This document shows, in pieces, positions 8,589 to 19,881 of a stretch of 64,000 nucleotides of DNA. Position 1 is the first letter of the stretch. Each line of letters begins with the position of its first letter. Under the pieces are notes generated by a model. It made no database searches and had not been told where the DNA came from. It saw only the letters and a list, made by a program, of their open reading frames with translations. This DNA is from Paramoeba atlantica (Eukaryota > Protista > Discosea). The stretch lies in assembly GCA_977017575.1 (NCBI GenBank), contig CDRNVI010000076.1, forward strand, positions 45,618-109,617, in the 5' to 3' direction. Both the position numbers and the translations under genes were made by a program.

Positions 8589-8781
8589 AAAAAGTGGCCA
8601 CCTGGCCACCCCCCAAAAAAAGTGGCCACCTGGCCACCCCCCAAAAAAAGTGGCCACCTGGCCACCCCCCAAAAAAAGTGGCCACCTGGCCACCCCCCCA
8701 AAAAAAGTGGCCACCTGGCCACCCCCCCAAAAAAAGTGGCCACCTGGCCACCCCCCCAAAAAAAGTGGCCACCTGGCCACC
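8589..8781. repeat. 28/29-bp tandem array (GTGGCCACCTGGCCA-C6/7-A7), 7 cores, unit 1
   Basis: Cores at 8594, 8622, 8650, 8678, 8707, 8736, 8765 (periods 28,28,28,29,29,29). Confidence 0.97.
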
Positions 8782-8802
8782 AAAAACACGGTTTGCATTT
8801 TG

Positions 8803-8812
8803 TATATATAAG
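8803..8812 (+). promoter_or_regulatory. Candidate RNA polymerase I start region (TATATATAAG), tentative
   Basis: TA-rich motif just downstream of the 18S-proximal array, ~230 nt before 18S; positional inference only. Confidence 0.25.
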
Positions 8813-9042
8813 ATGAAAAAAATTTTGGATGGTTCGACCCGTAATTGAAAGTGAGGCGAAAGTGCCCACAAGTCGCAACGCAGCTCACTCGTATGATTGA
8901 ATACATCTTGTGGCTTCCTAGTAAGCCGATGTATGCACGATGAGGAACAGAAATACAGTCCCATTGAGATGGGTACTACATTGAACCTTGCAGTTTACTG
9001 TGAGGGAACAGATTGAGAGAGGAATCACCCTCCCTTTCAAGA

Positions 9043-11067
9043 AACCTGGTTGATTCTGCCAGTAGTCATATGCTTGTTTCAAGGATTAAGCCATGCAAGC
9101 CTAAGAGTAACTGAGACAATAGGAGGTCTGCGAACGGCTCATTATATCAGAAATGATCTACCGGGAGAATTGCAGTGAAAACTGCTTGAATGGATAACTT
9201 CGCGAAAGGCGAAGCTAATACATGTACGTCACGTGACACATTCCATTCAACCACTGCGGGGAAACCCAAGGTGGGGAATGTGGCTCGCGAATGGTTGGTA
9301 CAAAGACCGACGCCAGTAATGGCAGTGTCGTAAATTGATGAATCAAACCATTCAGCAAAAGCGCACCTTTGGTGTGCGAGTCCCGACGAATTTCTGCCCT
9401 ATCAGCTTTTGACGGTAGTGTAGTGGACTACCGTGGCGATAACGGGTACGGGGAATTAGGGTTCGATTCCGGAGAGGGAGCCTGAGAAACAGCTACCACT
9501 TCTACGGAGGGCAGCAGGCGCGTAAATTGCCCAATGCCAAATTGGTGAGGCAGCGAAGAGAAATAGCGTCCCCGCCTCTTTGAGTGTGGGGTTCGCAATG
9601 GGTGGTACGTAAACCCACCAACGAGTAACAATTGGAGGACAAGTCTGGTGCCAGCACCCGCGGTAATTCCAGCTCCAATAGCGTATATTAACGTTGTTGC
9701 TGTTAAAGGGTTCGTAGTTGAATTCAGAGTGGTGAAAGTTTGCTGCCTCGGCAGCTCTTCCTCACCACTCTGTCCTAGACGGGGCCGGAGTCTGCGGAAG
9801 CGTCCCTTCAGTGGTGACGTGGAAGCGGTTGGCCGAAGAGGCTAACATCCCACATGCAACGCATGTCGAGACCGCCCGTCGTTATCACTGTGAAGAAAAC
9901 AGCGTGTTCAAAGCAGCCGCCTGCGGCTGGATGATAAAGCATGGAATGACAAAGCATCGACCACTGGGTCAGTCTTTTGTCGGTTTTTACGACCCAACAT
10001 GGGTAATCGGTTGGCGAAGTGTTAATTTCCGTCACCTTGTGTGATGGAAAGCTTCGTCGAACACGGGATCAATGGGGGTTGTCGGGGGAAAACGTATCTG
10101 AGCGTGAGAGGTGAAATTCTTAGACCGCTCGGGGACGAACTTATGCGAAGGCATTTTCCAAGTATACCTTCATCAATCAAGAACTAAAGTGTGGAGATCG
10201 AAGATGATTAGATACCATTGTAGTCCACGACTGCAAACGATGACGCCCATGGATCGGATAGCATTTTGCTCTGATGGGATCTTTTCGGCACTGCTCCCCC
10301 TTCAACGCGAAAGCTGAGGCTATGGTCTCATGGGGGAGTACGTTCGCAAGGCTGAAACTTAAAGAAATTGACGGAATGGCACCACCAGGCGTGGAGTGTG
10401 CGGTTTAATTTGACTCAACACGGGGAACCTTACCAGGACAGGACAACGGTAGGATTGACAGATTGAGAGTTCTTTCTTAATTCGTTTGACGGTGGTGCAT
10501 GGCCGCTTTTGGTCGGTGAAGTGATTTGTTTGGTTGATTCCTTTAACGGACGAGACCCAATCCGCTTACTAGGGGCACCATCTACCGAAAGGTAAACGGA
10601 AGCGAGGGGATTCGTCCCACTCGTCTTCCCAGATAGTGCATCCCCTTCTTCGCGGCATTCCGTGCGCCTTAGCACGGTGGCATTTTGGGCAACAGCAGGT
10701 CCGTGATGCTCCTAAATGTCCTGGGCGACACGCGCACTACAATGACAAAGTGAATGAGTGAAGCCTTTTTGGTCCTTCTTCGAAAGAAGTGGGGAAACTG
10801 AGAAAACTCTGTCGTGCTTGGGATCGAAGCTTGCAATTATTCTTCTTGAACGAGGAATGCCTAGTAGACGTGCTTCATCAAAGCGCATTGACTACGTCCC
10901 TGCCATTTGTACACACCGCCCGTCGTTGTTACCGATGCCAGTTGGATAAAGGTTAACGGACTTGCGATCCCTTCGAGGATTGTGGGAAAGTTAACCCATA
11001 TTTAACTAGTAGAGGAAGCAAAAGTCGTAACAAGGTAGCTGTAGGTGAACCTGCAGCTGGATCATTT
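9043..11067 (+). rRNA. 18S (SSU) rRNA, complete, ~2025 nt
   Basis: AACCTGGTTGATTCTGCCAGT start; GTGCCAGCACCCGCGGTAA; AAACTTAAAGAAATTGACGG; TGTACACACCGCCCGTC; GGATCATTT end. Confidence 0.98.
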
Positions 11068-11320
11068 CGAAAGTTTTCGAACCTTGAACAACAGGCACAC
11101 CGTACGGTGCGTCCTAACACAGCCCTCCCGAGTGCTCGTTTGCGCTCGGGGAAGGGAAACCGTCTGTTCCAAACCCCGTTCGCGGGGTTTGGGGGGACTC
11201 TTTTTTTGTTCCTCCTCGTCGACGGCGCAAGCCGTAGACGGCTCAAGGGGGTTTACTCGGCCCGGTGCTACGCGTGGGGGGGAAACCCCCCACGCGCCCG
11301 GATGAAACCGAGTCATGTAT

Positions 11321-11478
11321 AACTTATGACGGTGGATGTCTTGGCTTCCCAATCGATGAAGGACGCGGCAATATGCGATAATTCGTACGCATTGCAGAAT
11401 CAAGCGTAGTACTAAACCTTTGAACGCAACATGTGTGCTGGGTCTCGCACTCAAGCACGTCCACAGTTCAGTGCCGAT
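11321..11478 (+). rRNA. 5.8S rRNA, unit 2
   Basis: Matches unit 1 at offset 10926. Confidence 0.93.
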
Positions 11479-11550
11479 AACCTTGCTGGGGAACGACACG
11501 TGCCCTGAAATCGAATTCCGTTGGTGTCTCACACCAAAGAAACCATTTTC

Positions 11551-12961
11551 AAGGCCTGAGCTGTGGTCGACCACCCGCTGAACTTAAGCATATCATTAAG
11601 CGGAGGAAAAGAAAACAACTGTGATTCCCCTAGTAGCGGCGAGCGAAGAGGGATTAGCCCAATCCGAATCGGATCACATCCGAATTGTGGGGTAAGAGGT
11701 CTCAGGAAAGCCTGGACACTCGGACAAGTCTTCCTGGAACGGAGCGCCATAGAGGGTGAGAGCCCCTTGATCCGAGTCCTCCTCAGGCGGGATTAACTTG
11801 AGACTTGCGGAGTAGTACTGCTTGGGAATGCAGTGCGAAGGGCAGGTATACCTCTGCCAAGGCTAAATATCTTGGGAAGACCGATAGCATACAAGTAGCG
11901 TGAGCGAAAGATGAAAAGCACTTTGGAGAGAGAGTGAAATAGCACCTGAAGCCGTCATAAGATAAGGGATGTACCACTATCCAAGACGTGTGTAGGGCAC
12001 CTCGGGGGCAACCCCGGGGTGTCTTCCGCACACGTCATGTCTGTCGCTGTTCCCACGCCGAGCAAGGGGGTTGGTGTGATTTCGCACCTTCGTCACTTTT
12101 GTACTCGAGCGTGTGGTTGGGACAGTCTTACCCTTCGGGAGGGATGAAACGGTGGAGATCTCGGCTGCGGCTCCGTCCTGGGTTTGGAGCGTCTCCCGCC
12201 CTCGGGTGGGGGCCTCCGGCTCGGATGGGGTTCGCGGCAGGAGCTCCCGTGTTCGCTCTCCACAGACAGACTTTGAGATGGCCATAGGCCACGATGGGGT
12301 TCATCCGCCCGTCTTGAAACACGGACCAAGGAGTCTAACAAGTATGCGAGTCATATACTGGAAAGGTATAAGGCGTACTGAAAGGGAAGCGCGTATGTCC
12401 GCGTGAGGTGTCAACCCGTTGTGCGGGGTTATGCCCCGCACCCGGGTGCAACACCGGCCGAGACTTGGCCATGGGCCGGGTTTTTGAGCCTGAGCATACA
12501 TGTTGGGACCCGAAAGGTGGTGATCTATGCCTGAACAGGACGAAGCCGAGGGAAACCTGGGTGGAGGTCCGTAGCGATGTTGACGTGCAAATCACTCGTT
12601 GGATTTGGGTATAGGGGCGAAAGACTCATCGAACCACCTAGTAGCTGGTTCACCCCGAAGTTTCCCTCAGGATAGCTGGTGACAGTAAAGCAGTCGTGTG
12701 CGGTAAAGCAAATGATTAGAGGCATTGGCTTCAATTTGATGTCGACCTATTCTCAAACTTTAAACGTGCACAGCATTTGGCTTGCTTTCATGAAGCCAAA
12801 GGTAATGGATGATGTCACCAAGTGGGCCTCTTTCGGTAAGCGGAACAGGCGATGCGGAATGCTCCGCAAGGGAACTTAAGGCGCCTAAGTGCGGGCTCAT
12901 AGATACCATGAAGGGTGTTCGTTGATCTAGACAGCAGGACGGTGGCCATGGAAGTCGGAAT

Positions 12962-12995
<34 letters not shown>

Positions 12996-14089
12996 TCAAC
13001 CAGCCCCGAAAATGGATGGCGCTCAAGCCCGCCGCCGACAGTTCCCCGGAACTGTAACTGTGGGAGGGCACAAGAAACACAGTTCCGTGTAGGGGTGCGT
13101 GGAGGCAAAGCTGCGAAGCCTTTGGCGTGAGCCTGGGTGGAGCTGCCTCTAGTGCAGATCTTGGTTGTAGTAGCGAATATTCAACTGCGGAAATTCCGCG
13201 ATATATCGTTGAAGGCTGAAGTGGGGAAGGGTTTCGTGTCAACGGCGATCGGACACGAGTCACTCGGTACTAAAGCCAACGTTGGACCGCACTTGTGGAA
13301 CGGGGTGATGGCCGCCCGGGCGCCGCGTTCGCTCACCTCGTGTGGGCGGGCGTCGATGCCTGGGAACTCTACGGCTCCACCCAGTTGGCTGAAAGTAAAG
13401 CGGGCTTAACATTCCCGCAGCTGACCATGGGAATTTGAGGCGGTAACGCTTTTGAGACGATGCTGGTGACAGTGTGGGACGGGCCCGGAAGAGTTCTCTT
13501 TTCTTTTGAATGGACTTCCCCCTCCGTTGAGTTCGCGTCGTGCGGTGACGCGGAAGGGGATCCAGCAAAGCCATGCATTTGTGCGTGGTAGGGAAACCGT
13601 CTCACGCTTCAGAAAAAGCCAGCGGGGTCCTATTTCCTGATGGCAGGCCGTACCCATATCCGCATCCGGTCCCCAAGCTTAGAAAGCTCTAGCCAATAGA
13701 ACAAGGTAGTCTAAGGGAAGTCGGCAAATTAGATGCGTATGCTCGCGAGAAGCATTGGCTCTGAAGGCAAAGCTGTTGGGAGCCGGCAAGTCCCTGGGCT
13801 CAAGGTCCTGGCTGACGTGCCCGCGTCGCGTGCTCCGCCCGCCTTGCGTGGGTGGGGCGTGTGTGCTGCGGTGTCACGCTTGACGGGGCCTCCAGGGACT
13901 ACGCCGACCCTTCGGGGACGGTGCAGCCGGGCAAACTCTCACAGCGCTGAATTGCTGTTTCAGAACTGCTTACCAAGGGGAATCCAACTGTATAATTAAA
14001 ACACAGGCTTGCGACGCAGCCAAGTGCTGTATGACGCAAGCTGATTTCTGCCCAGTGCTCTGAATGTCAATGTGACGAGATTCACCTAC

Positions 14090-14146
<57 letters not shown>

Positions 14147-14891
14147 TTCTAATTAGAGACGCGCATGAATGGATTAATGAGATTCCCACTGTCCCTAGCT
14201 ACCATCTAGCGAACCAACTGCGTCAAGGGAACGGTCTTGAATGATTAAGCGGGGAAAGAAGACCCTGTTGAGTTTGACTCCAGTCTCAGTTTGCCGGGCG
14301 ACATAGGAGGTGTAGTCATAGGTGGGAGGTGCTCGAAAGGGTGCCGGTTCTGAAAAACCACTTCTTTTATCGTTGCTCGGCAAATCCAATGATAAGGCAA
14401 AGGGAGTTATGTCTTAAGGGGCTTCACGGCTCCCAGGGCATTCGTGCACCGTCCGAGTCCTACGGGAAATTCAACGGTGCCAACTCACCTGTTGTAGCTC
14501 TAAACCCAGGTGCGGATGTACCAGGGTGAGCCTATGTTTGGAGACAAGACTGAGATGGGGAGTTTGGCTGGGGCGGCATATCTGCTAAACGACAACGCAG
14601 GTGTCCTAAGGCGAGCTCAGTGAGGACAGAAACCTCACGTGGCGCACAAGGGCAAAAGCTCGCTTGATCTTAGACTTTCAGTACGAGTCTAGAATGTGAA
14701 AGCATGGCCAGCGATCCTTTGAGCACGTACATTCAGGTATAATGCCAGAGGTGTCATAAAAATTACCACAGGGATAACTGGCTTGTGGCAGCCAAGCGTT
14801 CCTAGCGACGTTGCCGTTTGATCCTTCGATGTCGGCTCTTCCTAGCCTTGCGCCGCAGTTGACGCAAAGGGTCGGATTGTTCACCCGGATG

Positions 14892-14935
<44 letters not shown>

Positions 14936-15315
14936 TTACCCTACTTAATCAAACATTTCGGCAGGTTTGCCGAGGGAAATACGAAGTAGTACGAGAGGAA
15001 CTTTCGTTTCGCCTCCCTAGCAACAGCGGCCCTTTGAAAAGAGGCGCCGCAAGACCACCAGGCGATGATTAACAGCTGAACGCCTCTTAAGCTGGAAATC
15101 AATCCCGAAGCAAACTTGGGCCTTCTAGGCCACTTGGGCGCAAAACGCGAGCGCGAAAACCATAATTACTCAAGTAATACGCGCGGTAGTAACCCTACCC
15201 CTATGAAAGAGCGGAGCGTCCAATCACACCCGGAACAGACGATTCCTTATGCACGACCTGGTGTAAGTGTTGGAGGAACCTCGGTTCCGACTCACTGAGC
15301 CCGTGTACGTGCCCA
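11551..15315 (+). rRNA. LSU rRNA, unit 2
   Basis: Matches unit 1 at offset 10926. Confidence 0.95.
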
Positions 15316-17549
15316 TAGGTGCAATTTTGCAATTCAATCTACCTAACAAGGAGTAGGTAACAAGGCCTAACTTAGGCAACAACAAGGCAATAGTCTTGAC
15401 ACACACACTCAGATCCCTGCATGGGATCTCACAAACGTGCATTCCATATAAACAACCACAGGGGTGGTCAATAAAAAAGGACCCCACATTCTCGTCACCA
15501 ACATCCACGGTGAGTCCTGCACAACCCTCTCTCTTCAAGCTTATACAGCTTCCTCACTATATAAATGAAACAGATGTAGAGCACATAGCAGGTGTGCTAT
15601 GTGTGATCATGTGTTGATACACTCTCACTCCACGGTCAAGTCTCAACAACCTCATGGTTGGGTCAGACACCCACTCACACGACAACAAAGTCCTTATGCA
15701 CGACCTGGTGTAAGTGTTGGAGGAACCTCGGTTCCGACTCACTGAGCCCGTGTACGTGCCCATAGGTGCAATTTTGCAATTCAATCTACCTAACAAGGAG
15801 TAAACAAAGATAACACAAAGGTGTTATGCCTTGATCACAGAGACAAAACCGTCTCGATCACAAAGACTCCGCATTACAGTGTGGGGATCTCAGGAACGTG
15901 CTTCTCATGTGCACAAGAATGTATGTGTTCCACATGCACGAGAGGTACATAAAGCGCTTCATGGTAGTCTCATGGTTGGGTCAGACACCCACTCACACGA
16001 CAACAAAGTCTTTATGCACGACCTGGTGTAAGTGTTGGAGGAATCTCCTTAACAAAGATATAGGAGTAAACAAAGGCCATGTCTTGATCACAAAGACGCT
16101 CCGCATTACGGCGTGGGGATCTCAGGAACGTGCTTCTCATGTGCACAAGAACATGTGTGAATCAACACACTACCTTCTTACTTAACCTCTTTTACACACA
16201 GCTTGGGTCTTACGGCATACACAAGAGTAGGTGCATACGACGCATAAGACAAAAAAATCAGAATGATCTAGTTGAAAGAACCTCCGTTCCGACTCACTGT
16301 ACTACCACTTTGTTCCACAGATCGCTCTGTTTTTAACCGGATGGGAGTAGCTTAGTATGATTGAAATGGATTGAATGCGTAACGACGCCTCCAATCCCTC
16401 CACCGAGGCACGGCATCCACACCGCAGTGAGGATGATGCGTGCGCAAGAGTTAGTACTGTCTGAGAATAAAAAAATCAACAAGGTACAGAAACTGTATCT
16501 CTATCGTTACCGTGTACATGCCTCTAAGTGCAATTTCGCAAATCAACGAAAACAAATGATCCTTCACAGGGCAGACATACTCATGACTCTGCTTTCAAGG
16601 CACTGCAGTCATGAGCTGCAGTCATTTTGGGGGCGAGGTTGTCCAGTGATTGACTGCTCGTTACACTCGCTTAGCGATGAATTCCGATCCTTCATCCCTT
16701 CGTCAAAGTCATCCCACTTCCGATTTACGTCATCTATCTTCCCGGAATACGGGAAATTCGTTTTTGAGTGGGAATGTTCTATGAGAGAGAAAGCACTGAG
16801 TATGGAGAGGAAAGCTAGTGAACAAGAGAGCCAAACTACAAATTTTATAAGTAGTGCACGTGAATTTGTTCCGTACATCGATAAGTAGCGTACCTGGATA
16901 AGTAGCGTGCTTGGGGGCACAGATGGGCGTTGTAGTAGTTTGGATGAGTACTCATCGAAACGACCTCTGCACATGGTACTTTGGATGAGTACTTTTCACT
17001 ATATTACCAACGTCTGACTCTGTAAGGCTAAACTGTGAACGTAGCCCTGGGACACGTGTGCTTCTCTCTAGATTCGTGGGAAGCAATTTGCGAAGCCCAA
17101 CTACTTGATAACAAATTTTAGTACCCATTTTGGCCGCGCGGGGGCCCCCGCGTGAGCGGGGGTGCGCGCGGCCGCGAAACGGCGAGGGCCCGCGTGAGCG
17201 GGCCTGAGCCGTACCCCGCGTAGGATTCCCCTGTGCGTCGTTAGTGGGAAGCAATTTGCGAAGCTCACCGATTTTCGTAGTTTTCTCTACGCAGGCGTTG
17301 TCAACGTATGTAGTGAAGTGTAGGATACTGAACGCACGGAAAACGAAAATCAAAAAAAAATCTTGGGTGTTCCACAAAAGTCCTTGACTTATGCAAAAGT
17401 CCTTGACTTCCACCGGCGCTGAGAACCTATGTCTGCCACTTCCGCAGGATTGTGTATTTTTGTACTATATTGCATCACCTATAACCTGGCAACAATTTAC
17501 GTGATTGCTGACTACGGAAGAAAGTACTCATGAGATGCGCCACGGAAGA

Positions 17550-17940
17550 AAGTACTCATCCAAAGTACCATGTGCAGAGGTCGTTTCAATGAGTACTCAT
17601 CCAAACTACCATGTGAAGAGGTCGTTTCGATGAGTACTCATCCAAACTACCATGTGAAGAGGTCGTTTCGATGAGTACTCATCCAAACTACCATGTTAAG
17701 AGGTCGTTTCAATGAGTACTCATCCAAACTACCATGTGAAGAGGTCGTTTCAATGAGTACTCATCCAAACTACCATGTGAAGAGGTCGTTTCAATGAGTA
17801 CGCATCCAAACTACCATGTGAAGAGGTCGTTTCAATGAGTACTCATCCAAACTACCATGTGAAGAGGTCGTTTCAATGAGTACTCATCCAAACTACCATG
17901 TGAAGAGGTCATTTCGATGAGTACTCATCCAAACTACCAT
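17550..17940. repeat. 41-bp array, unit 2
   Basis: Same copy number and internal variants as unit 1. Confidence 0.95.
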
Positions 17941-18113
17941 TACAACGCGATTTATGGTAGTTTGGATGAGTACTTCCATTTTCGTCGGAGGCCGGTGATA
18001 GTAGTTTGGATGAGTACTCATCGAAACTACCACAACCCCCTAGGAGGTAATGGTAGTTTGGATGAGTACTCATCGGAACTACCACAATCCCCACAGATGC
18101 ATCGAGCTCCCTC

Positions 18114-18493
18114 TGAAAAAGTGACAGCTGGCCACCCTATGAAAAAGTGGCCACCTGGCCCCGCTTTGAAAAAGTGGCCACCTGGCCACCCTATGAAAAA
18201 GTGGCCACCTGGCCACCCTATAAAAAAGTGGCCACCTGGCCACCCTATGAAAAACTGGCCAGCTAGCCCCGCTTTGAAAAAGTGGCCACCTGGCCACCCT
18301 ATGCGTAACCTGGCCACCCCATAAAAAAGGGGCCACCTGGCCACCCTATCGAAAAGTAGCCACCTGGCCACCCTATGAAAAAGTGGCCACCTGGCCACCC
18401 TATGAAAAAGTGGCCACCTGGCCGCCCTATGAAAAAGTGGCCACCTGGCCGCCCTATGAAGAAGTGGCCACCTGGCCACCCTATGAAAAAGTG
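18114..18493. repeat. 27-bp array, unit 2
   Basis: Same length as unit 1; one G>C change at 18255. Confidence 0.95.
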
Positions 18494-19509
18494 TGGTGTC
18501 CGGGTGATAGCCAGGCACGATCCAAAATTTACTGCTTTTAGCCGCGTGCTCCAGGCTATGAAATCATAGCTTTTGCCGCACTGCACACTTTTTAGGCTGT
18601 GCGCACTACGGACGGCACATCGGCCAAGCATCCAATGATCATTTGTTAGTGTGTATGGGTATTTACCCTAGTTTCCTAGTGTTTCGTTGTGTTAACACTG
18701 GGTAACTCCATACGCGGGAAAGAATCTGTCCTACTTTTTTAGCACCTTGATTTATTGGTGACGGGCAGACTCTTTCCGCGGCATTCCTCACACCCTAGTT
18801 CTTTGGCGCCTTGTTTTGTTGCCGCCGGGTGCTGGAATTGCTATTTTTGGAGATGAAAAAGGTCCAAAAAGTTGTTCACCCACTCACTGTAATCCTGTAA
18901 GAAACCCCTTTTGTCCTACAAGTGGGGTCGTAGCGCAAGCTTCTCTCGCGAGAGACTTCCCTATGTCGGTCCTCGTACTCTTTTGAAGCGGGGCTGAGAC
19001 AATTCACACCGTTGGCGGTGCAGGTGGTGAAAGAGAAAAAATTAGAGATCAGCAATGAGGGGATTCACGCGGCGACGTAGGCATTGAACAAGGGTTTTCT
19101 TTCTCAAAAGTTTCTACAGAAAGTGTGTGTTTCCACTCACGCACCTCACTGGAGACACCCCATTAACTGGGTAGCGCGAGACTTGCTAACCAACGCTTAA
19201 GTGAATCTCGTGTTGCGTCAGGCTCTGCTTTGCTTGTATTCGCTAAAACTACACTGCTCCGGATTGTTAGAATTGAAGATTTTTATGCTTTGGTCTCTGC
19301 TGGAGATGGGGTAGGATTATCTCTCCCACCTGACACATCCAAAAGGATATCTAGACAACATCATCCCGTTCGGTTAATAAGAAAGGGGTGCTTAACGAAA
19401 AAGTGGTGCTTAGCAAAGAAGGGGTGGGTTGCCTGGAAAAGTAACGTACCTTCTTGGTTTCCCGAAACGATTTATTCCGTGAGATCCCGATGATTAGTCC
19501 TTCCCGACC

Positions 19510-19620
19510 AAAAAAAGTGGCCACCTGGCCACCCCCCCAAAAAAAGTGGCCACCTGGCCACCCCCCCAAAAAAAGTGGCCACCTGGCCACCCCCCCAAAA
19601 AAAGTGGCCACCTGGCCACC
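19510..19620. repeat. 28/29-bp array, unit 2: 4 cores, left border deleted
   Basis: Cores at 19517, 19546, 19575, 19604 (29,29,29); junction reads TTCCCGA|CCAAAAAAA. Confidence 0.95.
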
Positions 19621-19881
19621 AAAAACACGGTTTGCATTTTGTATATATAAGATGAAAAAAATTTTGGATGGTTCGACCCGTAATTGAAAGTGAGGCGAAA
19701 GTGTCCACAAGTCGCAACGCAGCTCACTCGTATGATTGAATACATCTTGTGGCTTCCTAGTAAGCCGATGTATGCACGATGAGGAACAGAAATACAGTCC
19801 CATTGAGATGGGTACTACATTGAACCTTGCAGTTTACTGTGAGGGAACAGATTGAGAGAGGAATCACCCTCCCTTTCAAGA

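Larger units (their letters stand above)
4390..9042. other. Intergenic spacer 1 (3'ETS + non-transcribed spacer + 5'ETS), ~4653 bp; others at 15316-19881, 26155-30719, 36993-41615, 47889-52541, 58815-63437
   Basis: Lies between the LSU 3' end and the next 18S 5' end; contains several repeat families. Confidence 0.9.

Noticed and set aside
8766-8840. Pol III A-box-like TGGCCACCTGG plus B-box-like GGTTCGACCC (possible tRNA-like element)
   Set aside because: There is no T-stem or cloverleaf, the A-box has two mismatches, and about one B-box match per spacer is expected by chance
6991-8964. ORFs with KKWPPGHP / VARWPLF repeats
   Set aside because: Translations of the 27-bp and 28/29-bp DNA repeats; frames and lengths change between units
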